DNA of 64,000 nt. Origin: Camelus ferus (lineage: Eukaryota). The notes under the pieces were generated by a model. That model was given only the letters and a program-made list of their open reading frames with translations. It made no database searches and was not told where the DNA came from. Shown here piece by piece: positions 1 to 12,204 of this stretch. The stretch lies in NCBI RefSeq assembly GCF_009834535.1, contig NC_045701.1, positions 92,566,001 through 92,630,000 of the forward strand, written 5' to 3'. Positions within the stretch are counted from its first letter, which is position 1, and every line of letters starts with the position of its first letter. The translations under genes and the position numbers were made by a program.

Positions 1-8
1 CTTTTTAG

Positions 9-112
9 CTGTCTCCCCACCGGCTGGAGGAGCCATCGATAACTAAGGATGTGTATGAAGTCACTGTCTCCCTGATTCAGATGTTCGACGACCTGGATCT
101 GAAGGAGAGTGG
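9..112 (+). CDS. TDRD9: TDRD9 window exon 1/29
   Basis: tttttag| LSPHRLEEPSITKDVYEVTVSLIQMFDDLDLKES(G) |gtaaga. Confidence 0.95.
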
Positions 113-1289
113 GTAAGAGCTGCACTACGTGGCTGTGGCAGTGCGCTTGAATGTGTGTAATTAAAACTTCGTGACTCCTCGTGAAACTATTTAGTGTCTT
201 TACAAGGCTAGGATATAACTGTGGGTAGGTTTTCAGCAGTCACCGTGCATATTTTAAAATAAATATCTCGCACATTTTTTACTGGAAATTTCTATTTTAA
301 AGTAGTTAAAACCATGCTAAGTACAGGTTCAGGACTGACAGTTTAAAATCTAGAAACTACAGCCTGAAGCTAGAATAGTTTTTCCAGACATGCAGGAGTC
401 ACGTCGCTCACAGGCCTGAGGGGAAGACTAAGGACCACCTTAGGAGAAACTGTAGAAAGCCTTTCTTTGCCTTTGTTTCCCTTTATTGTAAAGATGGATT
501 CCCGATACTCGCTGTCTCCTGTTGTAATCCAGACGTTCGTTTAGCTGGCCCTTTGAAACCTGGAGCATGTTTTTCCCTTGAGAACAACTTCAGGCTGTAA
601 GTGGTGGTTAGAGTCTTTAATTTTCAAAGTATTATGCTGTGTGAAGAACTACTATGCTCATCTTGTGACAGCTCACGAATGCCATTTACACATCACAACA
701 GACAGAACGCAGATTCCACCTCCCCACGGCAGCCAGCACTTGGCTGCGGGGGAGGCTGGTCGCTTGCAGGCCCTAGACTCACACAGACACCGTAATTGTA
801 GACATAAAGTATCAGGTTGTTCATTGTCTTGCAGTCCCCCTGAGCAATACCTTAGAGTGAGGTGGCTATGTTCTGTGTCTTCAAAATAGGTTTTCTGCCA
901 GACATTTCCCTCCGGCATGGTGGGCGTCTGGCTCCACGCTTGCTCCAGTGACGGGGCCGGGGGTGTGCCTGTGTGGACCGTGCGTGTCGGGTGTCGGGAG
1001 TTGTGCTTGGCACATGAGTCGGAAAGTCTAGCTTACAGGCAATTGAGTACTATTTTAGCTCTGTTTTTAAGCTCCCACGATTCTTTATTTTTTATTTCGT
1101 CAGTGTGTTTAGATTTACTCAAATATATACTATTCGTTATTCTTTCGTCTTAGACTTTCCTTCTTAGATCATTTCCATTCTTCCTGAAGTATATCCTACA
1201 AAAGTTTGAGGAGTCTGCTGGTTAATGTTGTTTTTATCTAGCAAAAAATGTCTTTGTCTCTCTCTCTTTTTTTTTTTTTTAGTAAAGGT

Positions 1290-1765
1290 AGATCTATTTG
1301 GAAAGATACATACGGCATAGAGTGTAGGCTGTTTCAGAAGGTGAGAGAATGGTCACGAGGTGTCGGGGTTGGGTGCTCAGGTTGAAGTAAAAGCAGGTAC
1401 ACACTCCACAGACAGAGTGTGGGCCGTCTCCCAGGAGGAGGGAGTGAGGAGGAGGCCACCAGGCTTGGCGTTGCCGGTCTTTATGGGCTCGGTAGCTTCC
1501 CACGCCTGAAAGTGGGAGGATAATTCCGGCTGCCCTGGGGAGGGGGCTGGGATTCCCAGGAATTGGGCCGCCACCACTTTGACCTGTTGTGGCCAGCCTG
1601 GGGGCTGCCATGGCACCGGTGGGCGTGTTACTTAGCACGCTCACACGTTACGGTGCGCGTGTCACGGAGCGCACTTGTTTGCGTTACTCTCTGAGATTAC
1701 TCCACGAGGAGGACTTTTCCTTTATTATCCTGCCTCTTACCTTCCTGTCTCTCTCTACGACTGTC
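1290..1765 (-). mobile_element. ERV LTR-like remnant (family unassigned)
   Basis: Minus strand resembles recalled mammalian ERV LTRs (gccatggcagccccc...ggaattatcctcccact...ataaagac); boundaries approximate. Confidence 0.45.
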
Positions 1766-1789
1766 AGTGGACTCGTGGGTTTTTTTCTC

Positions 1790-2830
1790 TTCAGATAGAT
1801 TTTCTTTTTCAGAGCAGTTTCAGGCTCAAGGCAGAGCTGAGCAGAAAGCAGAGTTCCTGTGCAGCCTCTCCTGCGGACGCACAGCCCCCCCTGCCGTGAA
1901 GCCCCCCGGCAGCACACGCACTGTGATCGGCATGTGGCCGCCAAAGCCTTTACACTGGAATCCCCTCTTAGCCCCAAAGACTCCTTGGAGCCCTCTGTGC
2001 AGCCCCGGGTCTTTGTCTTGTCTCTGTGGTTTTGCTTTCCCAGAATGTGGTGTAGCTGGAATCTTACAGTTGCAGCCTTCGAGGTTGGCTGCTTCGACTT
2101 AGTGATAACTCACATTTGAGGCCCCTNNNNNNNNNNNNNNNNNNNNNNNNNNNNNNNNNNNNNNNNNNNNNNNNNNNNNNNNNNNNNNNNNNNNNNNNNN
2201 NNNNNNNNNNNNNNNNNNNNNNNNNNNNNNNNNNNNNNNNNNNNNNNNNNNNNNNNNNNNNNNNNNNNNNACTATAAACATCCAAGTGCAGGTTCTGTGT
2301 GGATGTGTTTTCATTTCGTTTGAGTAAATACCAACAAGTGCAATTGTTGGATCATATGGTTTAAGAGTATGTTTAGTTTTGTGAGAAACTGCCAAATGGT
2401 CTTCCAGAGCGGCTGTACCATTTTGCTTTCCTGCCAGCAGTGAAGGAGAGTTCCTGTCGCTCCACATTCTCACCGGCAGTTGATGTTGTCAGTGTTCGGA
2501 CAGCCCAGTAGGTGTGTAAGGGTACCTTGCTTTAATTTGCCTTTCCCTCATGGCATATGTTGTGGACCGTCTTTTCAGATGTTTATTTGACAGCTGTATG
2601 TCTTCTCTGCTGATGTGTCTCTTCAGAGCTTTTGCCCATTTTTGAAACTGCATTGTTCATATTCCTATTGTTAAATTATATATAGAGAGTTATATATATG
2701 TATGTAAGAGGTTTTAAAATATATTTAACAGTTCTTTGTATTATGTTTGTCTTCTGAAAGTGTTCTCTCTTGGTCTGTGGCTTGTCTTCTCCTTTTCTTG
2801 AGACTCATAGGTCTTAACGTCAGAGTTGAT
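1790..2830 (-). mobile_element. Old L1 (L1M-type) 3' end, antisense, spanning the first gap
   Basis: ttttcagagcagtttcaggctc 3'-UTR start; ataaacatccaagtgcagg...gtatgtttagttttgtgagaaactgcc typical of antisense ORF2 C-terminus. Confidence 0.7.
2127..2270. other. Assembly gap (144 N)
   Basis: Run of N. Confidence 0.99.
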
Positions 2831-3523
2831 TATAGTCAGTTTTCCTTTTTAATGGTCGGTTGTCCGTAATTTGGCCAGTGGGAGCCTCTGTGGGCCGGCC
2901 CCTGGGTCACTGCCGTGGCCCCCTGACTGGGGGACGCTTGCTTCCCGGCGCAGCGTGTCCAGGCCGTCCAGCTTGCTCTTTCCCTGCCCGAGGCCAGGAG
3001 TCCCTTTCCCAGGGAACCTGACTCTTGCAGTGAGGAGTGCTGTCCAAAAGCAGGGTTTGGGTGCTAGGTGTGCTCATTTCTTCTAAGTGGGCTGTCTGTC
3101 ATTGCTTGTTTTTTTTCGTGTGCTTATTGTCGATAGCTGGAAATGTATTTTAAAAATGATATGTATGAAATATTTCAACTCAAATTGAACTTTGGCTTTT
3201 TTCTTAGCTTTTATGTTATATTTTTGTTACTGAGCCATATTTACTGCTGCATGACTGACATGTTTAGTCTCAGATACGTCAGCGAACAAAAGTTTTTCTT
3301 GGTAGTGGGAAGGTTTGTAGTTTTGTTTTTGTGTTTATCTTTAATACCTCTGTGTAAGGCCCACAGTCTTCCTGTTCCTTCCAGAGGCTTGTGGTACTTG
3401 TCAACCTAAGAAAATTCTCCTTGACTTCCATGCGTTACCTCTGAGGCAGGCAAGTACAGTAAGTCCCTCTCTAAGCCCTCCATCCTCCTTTCTTCTCCCC
3501 CTCATTTTAAAAATGGATTAACT

Positions 3524-3657
3524 GGGGGGCAGGGGATGGCTCGAGTGGTGGAGCACATGCTTAGTCAGCATGCACAAGGTCCCAGGTTCAATCCCCAGCA
3601 CCTCCACATAAATAAGTAAATAAAACCTAATTACCTCTCCCTGCAAAAAAAAAAAAA
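3524..3657 (+). mobile_element. Camelid tRNA-derived SINE (Vic-1 type)
   Basis: G-run head, A-box-like TGGCTCGAGTGG, B box GGTTCAATCCC (3585-3595), aataaataaaacctaattacc tail and A13. Candidate TSD AAAAATGGATT at 3509-3519 and 3653-3663. Confidence 0.85.
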
Positions 3658-3659
3658 TG

Positions 3660-6600
3660 GATTTTTCGAGGTATAATTCACACACCACACAGTTCATGCA
3701 CTTAAAGGGTTCAGTAGTTTCTGGTACATCCACGTATATGTGCAGCCATCACCACGGTTGATTTTAGAGTGTTTTCATCACCTCAGAAGGAAACCCCAAG
3801 CCCTCTGGCTATGGCTCCTCACCTTTCCCGTTACCCCTGCACCTAAGTGACCACTGGTCAGCCCTCTGTCTTTACTAGGTTTCTCTAGTCTTGACTTCCA
3901 TGTGAACAAAGTCACGTATGACGTGGTCTTTTGTGGCTTCTTTCACTGGACATAAGCTTTCAAGTTCCATCCGTCTTAGAGCGTGTCAGTGCTTTATTTC
4001 TTTTTATGACCAAGTAATACTCTGTTGTATGAACATACCACACTTGTTTATCCATTTGTATGTTGGTGGAGATTTGGGGCGTCCCCTCCTTTTGGCCTTT
4101 TTGAATCATGCTGCATGAACGTCTTTGTGCGGGTTCCTGGGTCGATTGTACTGTTTCCTGGTGTGTCTGCATCATTTTACGTCCTCACCAGCAGCTTGTG
4201 AGGGTCCCCGTTTCTCCCCACCCTTGCCAGTCTGGTTGGCACCTGACGTTTTGATTCTGACTGTCCTCGTGGTTGTGAAGTGGCGTCACTTTGTTTCTCT
4301 GATGAATAATGATGTTGAGCACCTCTTCATGTGCTCACTGGCCTGTGTGTGCTCTGTGGATACGTATGTTATACTTACTTATGTTTAGAGACATAAACCC
4401 TTGTCCATTTTAAGTTGGGTTTTAATTGGGCTTTAAATTGTCTTTTTGTTATTGAGTCATAAGAGCTCTTCATATAGTCTAGATACAGGCCCCCTACCAG
4501 GTACAGGATTTGCGAATGTTTTCTTCCTTTCTGCAGGGTGGTTTTTTCACTTTCTTGATGGTGTCCTTTGAAGCACACGCATTTAATTTTGATGAAGTCT
4601 TGTCTGTCTGTTTTTCCTTTCGTTGTTCATGCTTTGGTGTCATAGCTAAGACTCTTGCCAGAGTCAAGCTCATGGAAGAGTCACCCCTGCGTGTTCTTCT
4701 GAGAGTTCGGTAGTTGGGCTCTTTTGTGTTAAGTCTCTGATCCATTTTGAGCTCATTTCTGTGTCGGTGTGAGGTCCGGGCCCAGTGTCCTTCTTCAGCA
4801 TGTGTGTTAGTCCAGCTGTCCCAGCGCTGCTGGCTGAGAGCCCGTGCTTCCCCGCTGTGCGGTGCTGGCACCTTGCTGAAAATCTGTTGGTCCTACATCC
4901 AGACTCTTTGTTCTGCTGTTTTACGTATCCTTGTGCAGATCCACACTGCCTTGACATTGCTTTGAAGTAATGTTTAGAATTAGAAGCATGAGTCTTCTTA
5001 ACTTTCTTGTTTTGGGGGATTATTTTGATTATTCTGAGTCCCCTATAATTTCATGTTAAGTGTAGAACCCGCTTGTCAGTGTCTGCAGAGAAGCCGGCTA
5101 GGGTTCTGAGAGGGGTTCTGAGCCTGTAGGCCCATCTCAGGAGTATTGTCATCTTAACAGCGTTCAGGATTCCACTACGAGGTGTTTTTCTGTTTTTTGA
5201 CAGTTTCTTTAATTTTCTTTCAACAGTGTCAGTAGTTTTCAAAGTGTAAGTTTTGTACTTATCTTGTTAAATTTATTCCTGTGTTTTATTCTTTTTTATG
5301 CTATTGTGAATGAAATTATTGTCTTAATTTTGGTGTCTGATTATTCAGTGCAAATGTGTAGAAATACCAGTTGATCTTGGTATATCAGGCTTGTATTCTG
5401 TTTGTGTTTTTTTGTTTGCTTGTTTGTTTTGGCAGGGGGAGAGGGGTAATTAGGATTATTTATTTTTTTAATGGAGGGACTGGGGACTGAACCCAGGACC
5501 TTGTGCATGCTGAGCCCACGCTCTACTGCTGAGCTGTACCCACTCCCCCCCGATCGTGTATTCTGCGGCCGACCCCCTCCCCGTTGTGTACTCTGCACCC
5601 AGCCTTGCTGGGCTTGTTTATTGGTTCTGGGACGAGCCCTTACGGTTTTCTGTACACGAGGTCATGTCATCTACTGAACAGGGATGGTTCTGTTTCTCCC
5701 TTTCTGATCTGGATGCCTTGCTTTCCTTTCTCTTGCCTGGTGGCCCTGGCTAGGACTCCAGGGCCATGCAGAAAAGAAGTGCACGTTCTTGTCTTGTTCC
5801 TGATGTGAGGGAAGGCCATCCTGTCTTTCACGGTTAGGTTAGAGTGTTTGCTGTGGGCTCTTTGGAGATGACTTTCATCAGTGGAGGAAGTTCACTTCCA
5901 TTTCTAATCTGTCGAGTATTTTAACTAAAAAGTGTTAGATTTGGTTAAATGCTTTTCCTTTGTCTGTTGAGATAATCGTGTGGTTTTTGTCTTTATTCTG
6001 TTGGAATGATGTTTTACCTTAATCGATTTTTAGATGTTAAGTCAACTTTGTACCCCTGGGATAAAGCCCACTTGGTCATGGTGTGTCCTTTTTATATGTT
6101 GCTGGATTTGGTTTGCTGATACCTTGTTGAGGGTTTTATGTTCATATTCATGAAATGTTGGTCTGTAATTTTCCTGCCTGGTTTTGGTATCAGGGTAATT
6201 CTGGTCTCATAAAGTAAGTTGGGAAGTATTCTGGTTTTGGGATGAGTTTGTGAAGAATTGGTATTACTCCTTTGAGTGTTCTGTGGAGTCCAGCTGTGAA
6301 GCTGTCGAGGTAAGGGCTTTTCTTTATGGGTAGTCTTAAAACTGCCAGTTCAGTCTCTTCATTTGTTATTGGTCCATTCCGATTGTCTTTTTTTCCTTGG
6401 GCCAGTTTCAGTAGTTCGTGTCTTTTTAGGAATATGTCCATTTCATGTAAGCTGTCTAGTTTGTTGGTGTCCAGTTCACAGCATTCCTTTGTAATCCTTT
6501 TTGCTTCTGTAACGTCAGTGGTAATGTCTTCTCCTTCATTTCTGATTGCAGCCACTTGACTTTCTCTTTTTCTCTGGATCAGACTAGCTAGATTTGTCAG

Positions 6601-6715
6601 TTTGTTGATCTTTTCCAAGAACCAGGTTTTTGTTTCATTGACTTTTCTTTGTTGTTTTTCTTTCTTTATTTCATTAATTTCCACTGTAATCTTTATTTTT
6701 TTCTTGGGAAAGCCA
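3660..6715 (-). mobile_element. Degenerate L1M (3' UTR into ORF2), antisense, interrupted by a SINE
   Basis: gaggtataattcacacacc 3' end; ORF 6190-6726(-) EINEI..TKTWFLEKINK..IPILHKL is an L1 ORF2 linker remnant. Confidence 0.88.
5401..5550 (-). mobile_element. Camelid tRNA-derived SINE (Vic-1 type)
   Basis: Reverse complement of gggggagtgggtacagctcagcagtagagcgtgggctcagcatgcacaaggtcctgggttcagtcccc plus (AAAC)n tail; TGTATTCTG at 5392-5400 and 5557-5565 as TSD core. Confidence 0.85.
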
Positions 6716-7343
6716 AGAAATAACACAGGCTGTGCCCAGGAGCGGTAACCACTGCACGTGTGGCTGTGTCTTCTCGGCTTGTGTCTGTCCTGGTCTTACC
6801 GCCAAACTGAAGGTGCACCCTCCTTGTTTCCTGTCTGCCGCTCCTGCTGGAATGCAAGCTCCAGAGAGCAGGGGCTTGTCTGGTTCACCCTGCACTGGCC
6901 TGCACAGGGAGGGCCTGGCACATGGCAGGGGCACCCAGCGGGGTGGGGGGTGACAGTGGTGACTTCACACGGTGCTGCTAGTCGGGGGGCGAGTGGATGT
7001 TGGAGAGCTTGATCTGTAAAAACGCTTCCTCGTAAGAGTTTGGATTCCTTAGTGTTCAGTGTTGTTTGTAGTAGTTATTTGAAATATTTTGTATTTTGAG
7101 GTTCTGGATTGTAATAACTGCTGACTTTTGCAGCTGGTGTGTTTCTCGGGGAAAACAGACTCGAGAGGCTGGGCCCTGGATGATCGCGGGGCTGGGGCCT
7201 CTGTGGTTTCTTCGTGAAAGAGTGGACATCATACTGGATGCTCAGATGTGAGAGCCTTTCCAGCTCGGAAGCCTGTCATGTTCGGATTCTGGAAAAGCAC
7301 TGCCGCTTAGCTTTGACTAACTGTGCACCTCACACTTTAGCAG

Positions 7344-7408
7344 GAGCAGGACCTGGTCGGGGGCCCCATCTGCGCCTGTGCGGAGCAGCGTGCTGGTGTT
7401 TCTGCCAG
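7344..7408 (+). CDS. TDRD9: TDRD9 exon 2/29 (helicase motif IV); alternative start 7341 (NAGNAG)
   Basis: tttagcag| (G)SRTWSGAPSAPVRSSVLVFLP(G) |gtgagt; phases fit both neighbours. Confidence 0.88.
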
Positions 7409-8376
7409 GTGAGTGTCATGCTTTTGTGGCCTGGAGTTGCGACCCGGGTAGAGGCTCCTTCCTTTTGCACAGATTGTGAAAAGCGGCGTTCGCAGTCATT
7501 TATTCTTTTTTAGACTCTTAGAATGTGAATAAATGTCAGTTTCAGTTTGACTTCTTACTATAACCTTTGTGTTCCTAAAAATGTTGATAATGAAGAGTTT
7601 AACTTTTTGAGGGCAGTCTTACCCCCTTCAGAACTTTGGCTTTGTTAGATTTGCGGTTTCACGCGTACGATTGTGTGAGGTCGCTGCTGTCAGCCTGTAC
7701 TTGAAGCTCAGTTAATGACAGCATCATCATTGCGCCAGGACGGCCATCAGCATAGTCCTTGAGTTCCTTTTTCTTTAGTATTTGAGAAAATAATCTTTTA
7801 AAATACTTGAAAAGGTTAATTTATGTTAAATTGTACTTCTTTTTCAAAATGATGATTTTTAAAAAATCAGGTTGTCTAGCGTGATGAGACCATGAAACAA
7901 TAACTCCTATCTTTTACTGTTGAAAGGTAACATACAGAGCGTGTGAGTGTTTGTGCTAACTCTGGTGGAGAATGAAAGGATGAATAAAATAACCTACTTT
8001 GCTTTGGATGGCAACATGTGAGTTTAAGACTTTTGACCCTGTGCTGCTTAGGTTGACACAGGTTAGTTTTGTATCCAGAAAATAACCGTTAGCTGACAGC
8101 GGGGTGGGGTCGCATTTGCCCCAGTAAGCATCCATCAGAGAGAGACTGCTGCGTGCATAACTTCGTGTCAAGGGAAAAATGACCCCAGTCAAGCCATGGC
8201 AGTATGTCTTAAGAATGCCTGGCGTGGGGTAAATGCTTCCTAACTGCTACACGCTACCTGAGTTAGAGTGTCTATGCATGGTATTTTACAGTTTAGTTTG
8301 TTGTCTTTCTGTTACATGTTTTTGTGAGTTCGAGTCTGATGATGTGTTTGTTTCATTGATCTTTTGAGAATAGTTC

Positions 8377-8821
8377 TGTATTAGCCTTCTAGGGCCACTG
8401 TGACAAAGTGCCATTGACGGGGAGGCTTTGAGCAACAGAAATGTACCCTCTCATTGTTCTGGGGGCTGGAAATCCAAAATCAAGGTGTTGGCGGGCCCTG
8501 CTCCCTCAGGGGCTCTGCTTCCTTGCCCCCTCCAGCTTTTCTGGTGGCCGTCAGCCTCCGTCCTTCTTGGACTGTGGCTGTGTCACTCCCATCTCTGCCT
8601 CCATCGTTACGTGGTGTTCTCTCTGTGTGTGTCTTTGTGTCTCTTCCCATTTTAAGAGGACACCAGTCCTGGTGGAATAAAGGCCCATTCTACTCCAGTG
8701 TGACCTCATCTTAACTAACTATATAAAGCAGTGATGCTTTATCTGCAGATTAAGTCACATTCTGAGGGGCTTGGGTTAGGACTTCCACACCTTTTAGGGG
8801 GACATAGTTGAACCCATCATA
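8377..8821 (-). mobile_element. MLT1 (MaLR) solo LTR
   Basis: tgtattagccttctagggccactgtgacaaag...ggctggaaatccaaaatcaaggtgttggc...ggggacatagttgaacccatcata matches recalled reverse-complement MLT1. Confidence 0.85.
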
Positions 8822-9275
8822 GGTTCAAATATTGATAACTCAGGATGTGGCAGAATCATGTGCAAGCTTTATATCAATGAAAGTATTTTGCAACTAATGA
8901 AAAAAATTTAGCACATCTGTGTAACCAACACTTTTTAAATACTATTTTTTGGTTGTAAAATTCTGCATGATCAATGTAGGAAATTTAGAAAGTGAGTGAG
9001 GGGAAAAAAAGAAATGTAGAATTACTCATATGGCCAGCACTCACAGGTAGGTGCTGTGGGAAGGAAAACAGTGGAAGAGTGTGGTGTTTCTTGTATTTTT
9101 GAATTACTAGTAATCAATGTCATCATCACTTACAATTCTGATACATTTAGGTGAAGAGGATAAAAAGTCAAAACGAATTGGTGGGGCCATCTTTGAAAAA
9201 GATGTCATCTTAATTCAAAGGTTGTTTTTAGCAATAAGTACAAATTTTTTTCCCTCCACTTTTTTTCTTCCCTAG

Positions 9276-9330
9276 GTCTGGGTGAAATAAACTATATGCA
9301 TGAACTTCTCACAAACATGGTTCACAAAAG
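9276..9330 (+). CDS. TDRD9: TDRD9 exon 3/29
   Basis: cttccctag| (G)LGEINYMHELLTNMVHK(R) |gtgtgt. Confidence 0.95.
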
Positions 9331-9494
9331 GTGTGTTTAAAATGATATAGTTAGTTATATTGTTCCTTGTAAAGCATTGTATTGTTTCTGCCTTAAATCA
9401 TTTAAATTACCTCAGTGAGTAGTCATTCATTTTTGAAAGTTCTCACGTATATTTGTCCTTTATGGGTATTTTGTTTCATTGATTTGTTTTGTAG

Positions 9495-9579
9495 GTTACA
9501 GGTCTATCCACTCCATTCGAGTGTGACTTTGGAAGAACAGAATAATGTGTTTTTGAGCCCAGTGCCCGGGTACAGAAAG
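9495..9579 (+). CDS. TDRD9: TDRD9 exon 4/29
   Basis: ttttgtag| (R)LQVYPLHSSVTLEEQNNVFLSPVPGYRK |gtagga. Confidence 0.96.
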
Positions 9580-10544
9580 GTAGGAGGCCTGGGAGCCCGG
9601 CTCGGAGCAGCGCCGAGCCTTTTCCTCCAAGGCTCTGCCGGTGGGAAACGGCGTTGCCGCGGGTGGTGCGCGGGGTTCTGTAGCTGGTGGTCAGGCACCT
9701 GCGCAGAGACTCGCCTGATGAGCCAGGTGGGTTCGTGGGTTTTGTCTTTATTTTGTAAGGCAGTTTTCTAAGGTTTTTTTACTGCCTCAGCTCCGGGGCA
9801 TTGTTTCCAGTGGATTTCAGGGCTTTTGACTCTGGCGTTTCTCAGGCTGTGGGTCTGTCCTCTGGTCCTGGCTCTGCTCTGGAGAGTTGGCTTGGACCCC
9901 ACATTTGTGGTCCTGGTTTATGGGTTCGCTTTGCTCTCAGGGCGGGTGTCTGTGAGCAGCGGGCCTGGCCGAGCGCCGCCTGCTGGTGCTTCCTGAGAGC
10001 CGCAGGCCCCGAGCCAGTGGCAGGGCCCTGCATCTCCAGGGCAGCCCTTCGTGTGAGTGCTGGGCTGTGCGTCCTGCCCCGGCCAGCCCCTGCGGCGCCA
10101 TGTCTGAGCTCAGGAAGGGCTGCCTTCGCCCTGGCTCTCGCCAGCTGCTTCTGGGCGCCCGCTGCGCTGCAGGGGCCTGGTTTCTGTGCGCGGGGGGGCA
10201 TCTGCTGGGCCCTTGCGAGGGAGTCCGCCGGGAAGAGGCTGTAACTGATGAGGTGTAGGGACGAAGAGCCTGCATGTGGACTTGGGCAGGTGGCCTGGGT
10301 CTGCACCTCTGTGGTTGTTGAGCAGGTTGGTCTCCAAGATCTAATTTGACTGAAAGTAGGGTCAGTAGCATCTACCTTGCGGAGCAGTTAGGAAGGCTGA
10401 CTGCGGTGGCGTGTGTCTGTGTGTGGGTTGCGGTGGCTCTGCAGGGCCTGGTGTGGCGTAGGCGTCCGGGTAGCGGATGACGTGTGACAGGTGAGAGCTA
10501 GTGCTTGCTGATCCCTGGGCTCTTGCCTGGAGCAGGTGTGCGCA

Positions 10545-10760
10545 TGTTACGTTTATTGACTCAAGTGGCCCTCACAGCAGCCCTGTGAGGGTGGGAGTTA
10601 TACTGTCTCCGTTTTTTGCATGAGGGGAGTGCGGTCATGGGCCAGGGCGCCCGTTGCCTGGAGCAGAGCTGGGGTCGCGGCCAGCCTGACTGTGGAGCCC
10701 GCGTGGCACCGGTGCCCCCTCCTTGCACCGCCCCCGGGACCCTTGCTCAGTTGTGATTTT
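10545..10760 (-). mobile_element. MIR remnant
   Basis: gtttattga...cctcacagcagccctgtgagggtgggagttatactgtctccgttttt core. Confidence 0.6.
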
Positions 10761-10903
10761 GTATAAAATAGGAAAATGACCCATTTCAAAATTTGCGTCC
10801 AGTATTTTTGCTTTTAAATAATTTTTGAGTTTGAGTCTTTTAACTTTGCCTAATTTCCAGCATGCAGTAAGAATGTCAGATTCTTCTTTTTGGTGTTTGA
10901 TAG

Positions 10904-10961
10904 ATTATTCTGTCCACAAACATTGCGGAGAGTTCTGTCACAGTTCCAGATGTCAAATACG
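10904..10961 (+). CDS. TDRD9: TDRD9 exon 5/29 (helicase motif V)
   Basis: tttgatag| IILSTNIAESSVTVPDVKY(V) |gtgagt. Confidence 0.96.
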
Positions 10962-11466
10962 GTGAGTTGCCTCTCTGTTTACCCACAAGGTCTAGGGGTT
11001 GTGGACTTATCTGTCCCCGGGGAGTTGTTCTTCCTCCTCTTCCCCAACCCTCCCCCCGCCCCAGTTCTGGAGGAGAGAATTTAGAAAAGCAGGTTTGTAA
11101 GTTTCTCCCACATTCTTTGTCCCCTGGGTCCTCCCCAGCCCTCAGGTCGCTTCGCAGGGGCAGCCCCTGGGGCGAGGTTGCTGTCAGGAGGTGTTCGGGG
11201 GGGGGGGGTTTCAAGGGGTCTGTGGGCAGGAGAGCTTCGGGGCAGCCAGCTGGAGTTCTGTGACGAGGGAGGTGGGGGTTGAGGAAGGAGCCCAAGTATG
11301 TCACTGAGGACAGTTTAGGGGGCGGCCGAGCACTCGCAGAGGCCTCTGTGAGTGCACTAATCCAAGGGCTCAGTGTGTCATAAACTGTCCTATCACTGTG
11401 TATTGCGCTTGCGACACAGTTGTTTCTTGTTAGCATGGTACTTACAGCCCCTTTTTTAAATGACAG

Positions 11467-11571
11467 TTATAGATTTTTGTTTGACTAGAACTCTGGTCTG
11501 CGATGAAGACACGAATTACCAGAGTCTGCGGCTGAGCTGGGCCTCCAAGACCAGCTGCAGCCAGAGGAAAG
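11467..11571 (+). CDS. TDRD9: TDRD9 exon 6/29 (first half of motif VI)
   Basis: tgacag| (V)IDFCLTRTLVCDEDTNYQSLRLSWASKTSCSQRK(G) |gtaagg. Confidence 0.96.
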
Positions 11572-12204
11572 GTAAGGCATCCGCGCTCCCGTACCGTTGT
11601 GGGGCCTGGCGCTCGTTCGGGGCTCTTTATATGTTTTGCTTTTTGTGTTTTGAGCCTTATTCAGATATTTCCCTTATTGGAACCAGTTTTAACTTTTAAG
11701 CAACATTTCATATTGTCAGATTCTCGATTTAAATCCACAGTCACCTTCTTGTTCATTGAATTGGGTGATAACCTTTGTCCGTAATGGCTGTCTTCTGTCA
11801 TCTCAACACTGTCATTTTTCACAGTGAATTTTAAAAATGTTTGGCGAATAGTAACAGAAGCCATGGGGATCACTTCGCTGAATTCTGCTGATCCTTCTTC
11901 TGACTTCTCTCCAAGTCTCGCTCCTTCTGGGGTCTTTCCTGCACTGGCTGCACGGAGGGTTTGGCCTTTGCTGTGACAAGCACACATTGTATCACTGGGG
12001 AGACGAGGGCCTGGGGGGTTTGGCCACAGCGGAGGTGCAGTCAGACTGAAGTCACCTGCTGGGGGCTGGCTCCTGGGCACAGCGTCCTCTGTGTGGACCG
12101 AGACATGGCTTGTGCTTTTTAGAAGTCCATTCGGGGAGGATGGGCGAGGGACCGTTCCAAGAATACCTGTTGGGTTAAAGAGCTACTGTATCAAAAAATA
12201 GCAT

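Noticed and set aside
3524-3600. tRNA gene (A and B boxes present)
   Set aside because: No full cloverleaf; it has a SINE tail, poly(A), a candidate TSD and sister copies at 5401 and 28036.
6190-6726. 178-aa ORF, and similar ORFs at 15696, 23764, 47945 and 63573, as genes
   Set aside because: All are L1 ORF2 remnants.
7956-8192. 78-aa minus-strand ORF in repeat-free sequence
   Set aside because: Short, no recognisable homology or supporting splice structure.
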